A DNA stretch of 64,000 nucleotides from the human T2T-CHM13v2.0 reference genome, Homo sapiens: assembly GCF_009914755.1 (NCBI RefSeq), contig NC_060930.1; one strand, written 5' to 3'. The notes under the pieces were generated by a model. The model saw only the letters and a list, made by a program, of their open reading frames with translations, was not told where the DNA came from and did not search any database. The stretch's first letter is position 1. The number at the start of each line of letters is the position of its first letter. The position numbers and the translations under genes were made by a program. Below, one piece after another: positions 1 through 24,180 of this stretch.

Positions 1-180
1 TTTGAATTATCTGTCCACCATTTCATGAATTTTTTTATTATGCTGCTGAAGGATTATGAATTTTTTATCTGCTGCTGAAGGATTATTGTGTTCCTTTGGA
101 GATGGCATATTTCTTGCTCTTTCATGTTTGCCATGTCCTTACATTGATATCTGCACATCTGGTGTAACACTCACTTCTCC

Positions 181-864
<684 letters not shown>

Positions 865-1481
865 TAAAGCACTTTGGTTATGATTCTGGATGCATGCAGT
901 AGTGTAGTCTCTGTATGGTTTCTTCAACTGTAAACACAGTCAGTTTCCTTGGTAGCTCAGGGTGTGGTTGTTAGTGGAGGCTATAGTAAGTTTTGCTGGG
1001 GGCTGGGATGTCAGGTGGGCATTCTCTTAAATGGAAAAACTACACATTTTTGTTTTTCTACTCTGGCGAGTACAGGGACGGGGTGAGGAGAGAGTTTGAC
1101 CATAAAGAGGTAGCATGAGGGAATTCCTCTGTGGAGATGCAGCAGTTCTATAATCACTACCATGAATTTACACATGAGATCAAACTGTACTGAACTACAC
1201 ACACACACAAATGCATATCAAAAGTAAATAAGATCTGCAATCAGTTAACAGTACTGTATCAATGTCAATTTCCTGCTTGTGATATTGTACTACAATTATA
1301 TAAAATGACACCATTGTGAGAAGCTGGGAGAAGGGTTCACAGAATTCTATGTACAATTACTGCAACTTCCCTTGAGTCTATTAATTATTTTAAAATAATA
1401 AGATTTTTTTAAAAGCCACCTGAAGAACAAGACTGAACAAAGTATATTAAATCAGTGACAAAAATAAATTTTGTTTCTTAC

Positions 1482-1591
1482 CTTTAGGCTCTTTAGGTAA
1501 TTTGAGAGCATGCTGGGATGGAACCGATTTTCTTCAGCAACTTGACTATCATATCTTGGTCCTAACATTGTCTTCAGAGGTAAGAATCTTC
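1482..1591 (-). CDS. RNGTT: RNGTT coding exon 2 (triphosphatase domain N-terminal part)
   Basis: 110-nt exon bounded by tgtttag|GA and AAAG|gtaaga. It splices in frame to exon 1 (64+110=174 nt), giving [37 protein letters not shown]. Missed by the ORF track because it is short. Confidence 0.97.
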
Positions 1592-1687
1592 CTAAACAAC
1601 ACAGATAGGTAATCATTTCCATAAAAGGAAATGTTTCAGATTAAAATTCTATAATTAACAATTCTCAAATATCACCTTCTTAAAACC

Positions 1688-3082
<1,395 letters not shown>

Positions 3083-3199
3083 TACATTTTCAAACACAAT
3101 AAAAACAATATTATCTGCCTAAGTGAAGTCTTAACATCTGTCCAAAGGCTTTAAGCTAAATTTCATGAAAAAATAATTTTTTAAGATTTTGTTTTCTAC

Positions 3200-6050
3200 A
3201 AAATCAAAGTCACCCATAACCTCCACATTGCTAAATCAAATGGTCAACTCTCAGTTCTCACCTTAAGCTCTCAGCAACATAAAACAACTGGTCACTTTTT
3301 GACAAAAGAACCACTTTTTTCACCTAAATTCCAGAATACTATTATATCCTCCTGGTTTTCCTTCTAGCTCTCTGGCCTCTCCTTCTCAGTCTACTTTAGT
3401 GGCTCCCCCTCTCACCCTGACTCCTCTATGTTTTGTCTCAGGACTCAATCCTTGGACCTCTTTTATATTTTCATTCACTCCCTTGGTGTCTCATCTAGTC
3501 TCATGGCTTTAAAAGCCATCAATGTGCTAATGACTTACAAATTTATATTTCCAGTTCAAATCACTCCCTTAACTCTAGATGGATATCAACTGCCTACTGA
3601 ACCTCTACTTTATGTCTAACAGATGTCTCAGATTTGATATCCAAATCTCAACTCTTAATACTCAAACTCTAAAACCTGCTCCCTTCATGGTCTTCCCTAT
3701 CTCAGCAAATAGTAACATCATTCTTTTAGCAGCTCAAGACCAAAACCTTTTAGGTTATCCTTGCCTATTCTCCTTTTCTCACACCCAACATCCAATCCAT
3801 CAGCAAATCCCGTAGCTCCACCTTCAAAATACATCCAGAATCTGACCACTTCTCACCACCTCCACCAACATCTGATTTAGGTTTCTTTTACTTCATTTAG
3901 TTTAACAGATATATAGTGGGTATGTACTATGTACCAGGCATTGTTCTAGGCGCACGGATTACATTAGTGAAAAGGAAAAAAAAAACACACACACAAACAA
4001 AAAACAGAAAAGCCCTGCCCTCATAGTGTTTATATTCTATTAGGAAAATATAAATCATGAGCAATAAACATAATAAATAAATAAATAAGAAGATTCATCC
4101 CATCAGACTTTCTCTCCCTCTTACTACTGCCTCAGAAGTCCAATCCTATTTCCATCAGCTCTTTCAGGGTTCCCTTTCCTTCTTATCCAACATCAGAGCC
4201 CACAGTGGATCAACATAATTAGTCCCCTGTAAATACCCTTAACCTCCTTGCTCTGCCCCCATTACCCAGTCACACTCACCTGAGAAAAATCCAGACCTCA
4301 ATGAACTTAACCACCTGACTTCTTTGTGCCTACACATATGTAGCTGAGGCTTCCTAGAGCAAATCTCACAGCACAAAAGATGGGTGACACTATACTTCAT
4401 AATCACCAATATCAAAGGCAATCCTACCACACACCATTAGCTCTCCTTTATGATAAATATTTTACATCTTTTCCTCATTCCTAAAACATCCCCTTTTCAA
4501 CTGACAACTTTAAGTTAGACTTCACTGAAAAGAAAAAAACAAAAGAAGCCATAATAATTAAAGCTAATTGTGTATGTTTACCACATGCTAGACACTGTTT
4601 AAAATACTGTACATAATTCATTCATTTACTCCTAACAATAAGTATTGTTATTATTCCTCGTTTTACAGATGAGAACAAAGCAAGAGCGATTAAGTAACTT
4701 GCCACATGTCACACCACTAATAAATGGTAAAAACAGTGATTCAAATGAAGACTACGGATGTAGAGTCCATGAATGAAACTGCTATTCAACAATGCCTCTC
4801 CACCTTTAGGCAGAAACTTGCCTTGCCTTTGCAGTTAATCTATAAACCTTTCTGTATCTCAGCCCATACTCCTCCTCCCATTAAAAATCCTCCCTTCTGC
4901 TCGGGATTTCCTTACCATCTTGCCTTTCAAGGGCCACCAATCAATCCTTTCTTCCTCTCCCAACCCCCACCCCCAACATCTTCAGCATCTCAGACATCTG
5001 CTGGCTCATTTCCATCAGCATTTAAATAAGCCCTAAACTCTCCCTTATCCCCCAACTTATGCTTCATTTTTACTCCTCTTCATAACCAAACTTTTTAAAA
5101 AGTTTAATACACATACTCCTATCTTTACTTCATTACCTCCAATTCATTTATGTATACATGTGTGAGCAAGAGTGTAGACTTTACTTCTCTATAACTGTGC
5201 ATAATTTAGTTTTTGAGCTCCCATTCAAGATAGCCCACAGTCAAATCAGGATTCTCCTCCTGAATGTGACTACATTCCTCAAAGGTAGAGAACCTGGCAT
5301 TGGGGGAAAGGGGGGCAACTGCTATTTTGTACACCATCTTTTTCCCCTCTTGCTTCCAGTAAACTGAACTGTATTGCATCTGATCTTTGGGCATTGTTAG
5401 TTTCCATCCCAGCAGCTTCTGCTGATATGACTAAGGTCCATCCACGGCCTTGGTAGACGGGCTGATGAAGATAGTCCTACATCTTCAATGTTCCAACCCC
5501 TGCCTCCTTCTCAGGTCAGCTGGCCATTCTCAAGTCACTTCTGATCATTCCTTTTGGCCACGCTATCCCCATTCTTTTGGCCACTCTATCCGAAAGGTAG
5601 GAAAGGTAGCAATTAGCCTCTTAGACAGGTCTCAGAGCCATCTACACATATTCCTCAGCAATCCACTACAACTCTCTAAGAGACTTGCAACCAAGTAGCT
5701 CATTAATCCACTCTAATCTGGCTTCTGATCTCACATTCCCACTGAAAATATTTGTCACAGTCACCAACAGATTTTACCAACTTTTCTAGTATCTTAACAT
5801 TTCAGCAGCATTTCATGTATCTGACAACTTCTTTCTTCTTGAAAAACTCTCCTGCCTTACATGACACCCAAACTCTTGTTAGTTTCAATCACCCACCTAA
5901 CACCTCCATCAATTTCTAGCTATTCGTCCTCAACTCCTTTGTTCCCTCTTTTTTCTTTAACCAACGTCTAAATGTCAGGTTTCTATGGGTTCCACTGTGG
6001 ACCTTCTCTACTCTCTCTACGGTCTCTGCCTGGGAGAAGTTTTATCTATT
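3200..6050 (+). mobile_element. Degraded L2 fragments with a MIR (~4590-4780)
   Basis: L2-like text such as CTCCACATTGCTAAATCAAATGGTCA and CTCCACCTTCAAAATACATCCAGAATCTGACCACTTCTCACCACC; MIR core TTTTACAGATGAGAA...AAGTAACTTGCC. Confidence 0.65.
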
Positions 6051-6052
6051 GC

Positions 6053-6455
6053 CATGGTAGAAATGACACTATCTGTTCATCACAGTCAATTTACTTTCTT
6101 CTTCCAGGACACAATGAAAGACTAGCTTTCTCAGTTTCTCTTGTAGTTGAGTGAGGGCCATGTATCTGGATTCTGGCCAATGGGATACGGGCCAAAGTTA
6201 GCTATACGACTACCAAGCCTGGCCATAAAACCCCCTGAGAGATCACCCATGCCTGCTCCTCCCCTTTCATAGCAACTTTAGAAGTCACATGTTTAAGATG
6301 ACAGCATCAAAGATGGAAAGACTCTAGCGAGTTGCTAATCAGAGAAGAGTAGCCTGGGAAAGTTGCCTGATACAACACATTCCGATATGAGCAAGAAATA
6401 TAGTTTGATTGGAACTCCTGAGTTTTGGGCAGTTGTTTATGAGAGAAACTAGTAT
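6053..6455 (+). mobile_element. MLT1I/J-like MaLR LTR
   Basis: GGCCATGT..GGATTCTGGCCAATGG, AAGCCTGGCCATAAAA and the TGAGCAAGAAATA..TTTG 3' block typical of old MLT1. Confidence 0.6.
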
Positions 6456-7028
6456 TACAGGCATACTTTGCTTTACTGTAATTCACAGATACTGCATTTT
6501 TTAATAAATTGAAAGTCTGTGGCAACCTTTTGTCTATCAAGTCTATCAAGTAATTTATCCAACAGTATGTACTCATTTTGTGTCTGTGCCACATTTTGGT
6601 AATTTCCACAATAGTTCAAGCTTTTTTATTATTATTATATTTGTTACAGTGATCTATGATCAGTGATCTTTGATGTTACAACTGTAATTGTTTTGGAGTG
6701 CCATGAACAACACCCATAAGATGGCAAACTTAATAAATAAATGCTGTATGTGTTCTCACTGCTCCACTGAGCAGCCATTCCTCCGTCTCTCTCCCTCTCC
6801 TGGAGCCTCCCTATTTCCTGAGACACAATAATATTGAAATTAGGCCAATTAATAACCCTACAATGGCCTCTAAGTGTTCAAGTGAAATGAAGAATCATAT
6901 GTCTCTCATTTAAATCAAAAACTAGAAATGATTAAGTTCAGTGAAGAAGGTACATTGAAAGCCCAGATATGCCAAAAGCTAGGCCTCTTGCACCAGTTAG
7001 CCAAGTTGTGAATGAAAATGAAAAGCTC

Positions 7029-9737
7029 GACAGCAGCTCTCCCTCTCCCTCTCCCTCTCCCTCTCCCTCTCTCTCCCTCCCTCTCCCTCTCCCCACGGTC
7101 TCCCTCTCATGCGGAGCCGAAGCTGGACTGTACTGCTGCCATCTCGGCTCACTGCAACCTCCCTGCCTGATTCTCCTGCCTCAGTCTGCCGAATGCCTGC
7201 GATTGCAGGCACGCGCCGCCACGCCTGACTGGTTTTGGTGGAGATGGGGTTTCGCTGTGTTGGCCGGGCCGGTCTCCAGCCCCTAACCGCGAGTGATCCG
7301 CCAACCTCGGCCTCCCGAGGTGCCGGGATTGCAGACGGAGTCTCGTTCACTCAGTGCTCAATGGTGCCCAGGCTGGAGTGCAGTGGCGTGATCTCGGCTC
7401 ACTACAACCTACACCTCCCAGCCGCCTGCCTTGGCCTCCCAAAGTGCCGAGATTGCAGCCTCTGCCCGGCCGCCACCCCGTCTGGGAAGTGAGGAGTGTC
7501 TCTGCCTGGCCGCCCATCGTCTGGGATGTGAGGAGCCCCTCTGCCTGGCTGCCCAGTCTGGAAAGTGAGGAGCGTCTCCGCCCGGCCGCCATCCCATCTA
7601 GGAAGTGAGGAGCGCCTCTTCCCAGCCGCCATCACATCTAGGAAGTGAGGAGCGTCTCTGCCCGGCCGCCCATATTCTGAGATGTGGGGAGCGCCTCTGC
7701 CCCGCCGCCCCATCTGGGATGTGAGGAGCGCCTCTGCCCGGCCGAGACCCCGTCTGGGAGGTGAGGAGCGTCTCTGCCCGGCCGCCCCGTCTGAGAAGTG
7801 AGGAGACCCTCTGCCTGGCAACCACCCCGTCTGAGAAGTGAGGAGCCCCTCCGCCCGGCAGCTGCCCTGTCTGAGAAGTGAGGAGCCTCTCCGCCCGGCA
7901 GCCACCCCATCTGGGAAGTGAGGAGCGTCTCCGCCCGGCAGCCACCCCGTCCGGGAGGGAGGTGGGGGGAGTCAGCCCCCCGCCCGGCCAGCCGCCCGAT
8001 CCGGGAGGGAGGTGGGGGGTCAGCCCCCCGCCCGGCCAGCCGCCCCGTCCGGGAGGTGAGGGGCGCCTCGGCCCGGCCGCCCCTACTGGGAAGTGAGGAG
8101 CCCCTCAGCCCGGCCAGCCACCCAGTCCGGGAGGGAGATGGGGGGGTCAGCCCCCCCACCCGGCCAGCCGCCCCGTCCGGGAGGGAGGTGGGGGGGTCAG
8201 CCCCCCCACCCGGCCAGCCGCCCCGTCCGGCCAGCCGCCCCGTCTGGGAGGTGAGGGGCACTTCTGCCCAGCCGCCCCTACTGGGAAGTGAGGAGCCCCT
8301 CTGCCCGGCCAGCCGCCCCGTCCGGGAGGGAGGTGGGGGAGTCAGCCCTCTGCCCGGCCAGCCGCCCTGTCCGGGAGGGAGGTGGGGGGGTCAGCCCTCC
8401 GCCCGGCCAGCCGCCCCGTCTGGGAGGTGAGGGGCGCCTCTGCCCGGCCGCCCCTACTGGGAAGTGAGGAGCCCCTCTGCCCGGCCAGCCGCCCCGTCCG
8501 GGAGGGAGGTGGGGGGGTTGGCCCCCCGCCCGGCCAGCCGCCCCATCCGGGAGGGAGGTGGGGGGGTCGGCCCCCCGCCCGGCCAGCCGCCCCGTCCGGG
8601 AGGGAGGTGGGGGGGGTCAGCCCCCCCGCCCAGCCAGCCGCCCCGTCCGGGAGGTGAGGGGCGCCTCTGCCCGGCCGCCCCTACTGGGAAGTGAGGAGCC
8701 CCTCTGCCCGGCCAGCCGCCCCGTCCGGGAGGGAGGTGGGGGGGGGTCAGCCCCCCCGCCCGGCCAGCCGCCCCGTCCGGGAGGTGAGGGGCGCCTCTGC
8801 CCGGCCGCCCCTACTGGGAAGTGAGGAGCCCCTCTGCCCGGCCAGCCGCCCCGTCCGGGAGGGAGGTGGGGGTGTCAGCCCCCCGCCTGGCCAGCCGCCC
8901 CGTCCGGGAGGGAGGTGGGGGGGGGTCAGCCCCCCCGCCCGGCCAGCCGCCCCGTCCGGGAGGTGAGGGGCGCCTCTGCCCGGCCGCCCCTACTGGGAAG
9001 TGAGGAGCCCCTCTGCCCGGCCAGCCGCCCCGTCCGGGAGGGAGGTGGGGGGGTCAGCCCCCCGCCCGGCCGGCCGCCCCGTCCGGGAGGTGAGGGGCGC
9101 CTCTGCCCAGCCGCCCCTACTGGGAAGTGAGTAGCCCCTCTGCCTGGCCACCACCCCGTCTGGGAGGTGTGCCCAACAGCTCATTGAGAACGGGCCAGGA
9201 TGACAATGGCGGCTTTGTGGAATAGAAAGGCGGGAAAGGTGGGGAAAAGATTGAGAAATCGGATGGTTGCCGTGTCTGTGTAGAAAGAAGTAGACATGGG
9301 AGACTTTTCATTTTGTTCTGCACTAAGAAAAATTCCTCTGCCTTGGGATCCTGTTGATCTGTGACCTTACCCCCAACCCTGTGCTCTCTGAAACATGTGC
9401 TGTGTCCACTCAGGGTTAAATGGATTAAGGGCGGTGCAAGATGTGCTTTGTTAAACAGATGCTTGAAGGCAGCATGCTCGTTAAGAGTCATCACCAATCC
9501 CTAATCTCAAGTAATCAGGGACACAAACACTGCGGAAGGCCGCAGGGTCCTCTGCCTAGGAAAACCAGAGACCTTTGTTCACTTGTTTATCTGCTGACCT
9601 TCCCTCCACTATTGTCCCATGACCCTGCCAAATCCCCCTCTGTGAGAAACACCCAAGAATTATCAATAAAAAAATAAATTAAAAAAAATAAAAATAAAAA
9701 ATAAAATAAAATAAAATGAAAAAAAAAAAAAAAAAAA
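7029..9737 (+). mobile_element. Full-length SVA retrotransposon, SVA_F-like, antisense in RNGTT intron 1
   Basis: CCCTCT hexamers (7037-7090), Alu-like domain, GC-rich VNTR (~7450-9165), SINE-R and AATAAA plus poly-A. Perfect 15-bp TSD GAAAATGAAAAGCTC at 7014-7028 and 9738-9752. F-type text CTCATGCGGAGCCGAAG and GAATTATCAATAAA. Confidence 0.97.
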
Positions 9738-9817
9738 GAAAATGAAAAGCTCTTGGAGGCTGTTACAAGTGCTACTCCAGTGAACACACAAATGATAAAA
9801 AAGCAAAATAATCAGTC

Positions 9818-10120
9818 TTTTTTTTTTTTTTTTTTTTTGAGACAGAGTCTTGCTCTGTTGCCCAGGCTGGAGTCAGTAGCACAACCTCGGCTCACTACAA
9901 CCTCTATCCACCTCCCAGGTTCAAACGATTCTCCTGCCTCAGCCCCTGTAGCTGGGACTACAGGTGAGCACCACCATGCCCGGCTAATTTTTTTGTATTT
10001 TTAGTAGAGACGGGGTTTCACCATATTGGCCAGGCTGGTCTCGAACTCCTGACCTCGTGATCCACCCACCTCGGCCTCCCAAAGTGCTGGGATTACAGAC
10101 GTGAGCCACCATGCCTGGCC
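9818..10120 (-). mobile_element. AluS inside Tigger1
   Basis: Reverse Alu with poly-T; Tigger1 resumes at ~10121. Confidence 0.9.
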
Positions 10121-11240
10121 AAAAGTGAAATAGTCTTATTGTTGATATGGAGAAAATTTCAGTGGTCTGAATAGATCAAACCAGCCACAACATTTCCATT
10201 TAAGCCAAAGCCTAATCTTGACCAAGGCAGCAACTCCCTTCAATTCTATGAAGGCTGAGAGAGGTAAGGAAGCTGCAGAAGAAAAATCTGAAGCTAGCAG
10301 AGGTTGATTCACAAGGTTTAAGGAAAGAAGCCATCTCTCTAACATAAAGGTACAAGGTAAAGTGCTGTTATGGAAGCTGCAGCAAATTATCCAGAAGATA
10401 TAGCTAAGATAATTGATGAACATGGCTCCACTAAACAGCAGGATTTCAGTGTAGACAAAACAGCCTTCTATTAGAAGAAAATGGTATCTAGGACTTTCAT
10501 AGCTAGAGAGAAGTCAATGCCTAGATTCAAAGCTTCAAAGGACAGGCTGACTTTCTTGTTAGGAGCTGGTAACTTTAAGTTGAAGCCAGTGCTCGTTTAC
10601 CATTCTGAAAATACTAGGGCCCTTAAGAATTATGCTAAATCTACTCTGTCTGTGCTCTATCAACGAACAACAAAAGCCTGGATGACATCCCATCTGTTTA
10701 CAGAATGTTTTACTGAATTTTTTGAACCCCACTGTTGAGACTTACTGCTCAGAAAAAAAGATTCCTTCCAAAATATTACTGCTCACTGACTATGCACCTA
10801 GGCACCCAAGAACTCTGATGGAAATGTACAGGGAGATTAATGTTGGTTCCATGCCTACTAACATAGCAGCCCATGGATCAAGGGATAGTTTCAATTTTCA
10901 AGTCCTATATTATTTTTGTTTGTCTTTACAGAGTGGGTTCCCTAAAAAAGGTCTTATTATTTAAGAAATACATTTCATAAGGTTATAACTGCCATATACA
11001 GTAATTCCTCTGATGAATCTGGGCAAAATAAATCAAAAACTTTCTGGAAAGGATTCACCATTCTAGATGCCATTAAGAATATTCATGATTCATAGGAGAA
11101 AGTCAAAATATCAACAGAATTTGAAATGTTTATTATAACCCTCATGGATGACTTTGAGGAGTTCAAGACTTCAGTGGAATAAGTAACTGCAGATGTAGTG
11201 GAAATAGCAAAAGAACTAGAATTAGAAGTGGAGCCTGAAA

Positions 11241-11717
<477 letters not shown>

Positions 11718-12082
11718 AATACAAACATTTTTTAAAGTGGAGCCTGAAGACGTGACCAAATTGCTGCAATCTCATGATAAAACTTTAACAGATGAGGAGT
11801 TGCTTCTTACAAATGAGCAAAGTGGTTTCCTGATATGGAATCTAGCCCCAGTTAAGATGTGAATATTGCTGAAGTGACAACAAAGGATTTAGAATATTAC
11901 ATAAACTTGATTGATAAAGCAGCAGCAGGGTTGGGGAGAATTGACTCCACCCCTGAAGAAAGTTCTACCATGGCTAAAGAAAGTTCTACCATGGCTAAAA
12001 TGCTACAGAGAAATCTTTCATGAAGAGTCAATCTATGTAGCAAACTTCATTGCTCTCTGATTTCAAGAACTTGCCACAGCCA

Positions 12083-19935
<7,853 letters not shown>

Positions 19936-20998
19936 AGATCTTTACTAAAGATCTCTATTTGAGCAATCAGGATCTTAATATCTCCTCCAACCTGCTTCTC
20001 TCTCAGTAAGCCCTAATAATATCAACTATCTCATGTGCATAAGCCAGACATTTGAGACTAAATTTTGACCCTCTTTCCCTCATTCTAAATACGACATCAA
20101 GTTCTGTCCATTTTCCCTTCTTAATATCTCTCAAATTAGCCTTCTACTCTTCATCTGTCACTTTTAAACTATCACTATTGTCTTTCACCTGGACTACAAC
20201 AAGTTCCTAATTAGTCTCTCCATTTCCACTCTTTTCTCCATCAATTCATTAAACACAGAAAAGTCAAAGTAAGCTTTTAACTTGGATTCAAATAATCTCA
20301 TCTCGATGCTGAAAAAAAAAACTGCAATTGTATGCCACTGAAAATTTAAAGCATATAAATATTAGGATACCTTATCACACCCTACTTGCCTGTATGATCA
20401 GGCTATTCTCCAACCTCTTAACCTCACTTACATCTTCCAGAACAAAGACACTTTTTCAGTCTATTATCTCTCCCATCATCATCCTATCCTAACAGAAACT
20501 TTCAATAACACCCCCTGCCAACTATTTATCTAGAAAACTTCTATTTACTGAAGATAATTCATGTATGACCTTCTCTGGGAAGTCTCACCTGATCTCCTTC
20601 TTCCTTCCCATCTCTTCTTCCTCAACCTCAAAGAATTAGGTTTATTACCTCTGATTCCCATCATATACCACAATAGAGTCATTGCTACATTTTTTACAAC
20701 AGAACTGTGCTTAAAATGGATGGTTTGCTACTCCCATGAGACTCTGCTTTTTAAGGGTAATATATCTTAGCCATCTCCCTAGCACCCAGGACTAGCACAA
20801 AGTAGACATTTAAATATTTGCTAAATAAAATGACTTCAAAATCACCATCACTATCACCATCACACTATCCTGAGTACCTGGGACCACAAGTATGTGCCAA
20901 TGCACCTGGCTGTGTCTCATATTTACATTCCCACAGTTCCTAGTAAGCTCTTTACATAGCAGATATGAAATAATTTTATGTTGAATGATATATCTTTA

Positions 20999-21211
<213 letters not shown>

Positions 21212-21488
21212 TCACCTGAAATCTATTAACTCAGAAGGAGGAAAAAACAGTTCTTCAGAAAATAAAGCTTGGCCCTGTCTCCAAGAGCTCTCTCTCATTG
21301 CAAGTCTGGTTTCATCAGAGAAAGTGACTTCACAGAGAAACAAATTATATGTAGTTAGTACCATTTTCTTTCTGATTCAGGAAAATTATGAACTTCTAGT
21401 ACTAGTAAAGTGAATCCTAACATTTACAACATATAAGTTTGAGCAGCCATAACATTTTCCTCAATATGCAAAATATCAAAGAAATTAC

Positions 21489-22180
<692 letters not shown>

Positions 22181-22249
22181 TAACTTATTTTGTGAAGTGT
22201 CCAAATTTTTTGCTAGTTTTTAAGTCCTTTGAAATTCTTCTGTATAATA

Positions 22250-22865
22250 CATTGATGGTGGGACTATCAAGTGTTACCACTTTGGAAAAGAGGTTGGCAG
22301 TTTCTTAAAATTCTTAAAACATACACCTACCATATGATGCAGCCATTCCTCTCCTAGAGACTTACACAAGAGAAATGAAAGTATATGTCCACACAAAGAA
22401 TTGTACATGAATGTTCACAGCAGGTTTATTTGTAATAGCTAAAAACTGGAAATAACCCAAATGACCATCAATAGATGAACAGGTAAACAAATTGTGGTAT
22501 ACCCAGAACAATAAACTACTACTCTGCAATAAAAAAGGAATAAACTATTGATACATGCATAATCTGGATGAGTATCAAATTAATTATGCTGAGTGAAAAA
22601 AGCCACACACACTTCCTTCCACCCCAAGAAGAGTACTCACTATATGTTTCCATTTATTTAAAAATTTCTAGAAAATGCAAACCAATCTATAATTACAGAA
22701 AGCAGATCAGTGGCTGCCAGGCGAAGGAGGGATTTAAAAAGGGGCAAGAGGAAACTTTGAGGGGTTTCATGGTTGTTTCCTAGGAAAGAGATATATTTGT
22801 GTATATACAGTCAAAATTTATCAAACTGTACGCTTTAAAGCTTATTGTATTCAAGCTCAATAAAG
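22250..22865 (+). mobile_element. Old L1M (L1MC/MD-like) 3' fragment
   Basis: GCAGCCATTCCTCTCCTAG...AGAGAAATGAAAGTATATGTCCACACAAAG...AATAAA. Confidence 0.75.
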
Positions 22866-22893
22866 ATGAAAAAAACTACAAGAAAAATAATTA

Positions 22894-23450
<557 letters not shown>

Positions 23451-23905
23451 AAAACTAACAAAAACACCCTCCAGATTCCCAGTCTCAATGTGACCCCATT
23501 TCACCGCTGGGAACCGCCCCTTCCCTCCTTAACCCTCCTCCATCTCAATACTGATATTCATCCCTTCTTTCGAGGGGAAGGTTGAACCCTAACAGGTTCG
23601 CAAACTACTAAGACTCAAAGTACGCCCACTGTATTCCTGGATCCTCACCTCCTGCCACCAACCTCCTGTCTACCTTCACATTCGCACAGTTAGCCTTGCA
23701 GGAATAGTAACAAGTGCCCCCCATCCGCCGACCATCCCCTCCCGTTCATGTTCCCATTCATCCACGAAGCGTAATCCGACGGAGCATATCCCGCTCCTGA
23801 AATACCACTAATGGGCACAGAACCACCAAAAGCTGAGCTCCTCAGTCGGCCCACCCCCGGGCACGTTGGAGTGTGGGGATTCGAACGCCCCCCAGTCCAG
23901 GTTAC

Positions 23906-23969
23906 CTGCCACCGGCTGGCCGCGCCGGGGACAGTTCAGCCACCGCGGCGGGATCTTGTTGTGAGCCAT
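23906..23969 (-). CDS. RNGTT: RNGTT (mRNA capping enzyme, RNA triphosphatase/guanylyltransferase), coding part of exon 1
   Basis: Minus strand ATG at 23969 in strong Kozak context (gacATGG) encodes [21 protein letters not shown] plus the first base of Gly, the N-terminus of human capping enzyme. It ends at a GCAG|GTAACC donor (phase 1, 64 nt). An in-frame TGA lies upstream at 24011-24009. Confidence 0.97.
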
Positions 23970-24180
23970 GTCTTGGGGCTGCGCAGAGCTGCCCTCCCTC
24001 ACCAACGTTCACCGCGCCTTTGGAGCCGCCTCCCCGTGGTCCGGTGCACACCGGGGTCCGAGACACCCGAATCGCAGCCGTAATCTGAATTCCAACCTCT
24101 CCGATCCGGGTAACGTCAGGGGCGGCGCGCCACTTTCATTCAGGATCAACTCCACAGCTCCAGGAGAACCCACAATGCAC
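23970..24180 (-). other. RNGTT: RNGTT 5' UTR (exon 1 leader; TSS position approximate)
   Basis: GC-rich sequence between the start codon and the ZNF143/ETS/GC-box cluster. The exact TSS cannot be read from sequence. Confidence 0.6.

Noticed and set aside
7450-9165. Repeat array with alternating units, superficially CRISPR-like
   Set aside because: SVA VNTR: no unique spacers, no cas genes, eukaryotic context.
6969-9677. Many overlapping 60-207 aa ORFs rich in P, G and R
   Set aside because: Products of the stop-poor GC-rich SVA VNTR and Alu-like domain, not genes.
23970-24005. N-terminal extension [11 protein letters not shown] in the ORF track
   Set aside because: Starts at a near-cognate TTG just after an in-frame TGA; the ATG at 23969 has strong context and matches the known N-terminus.
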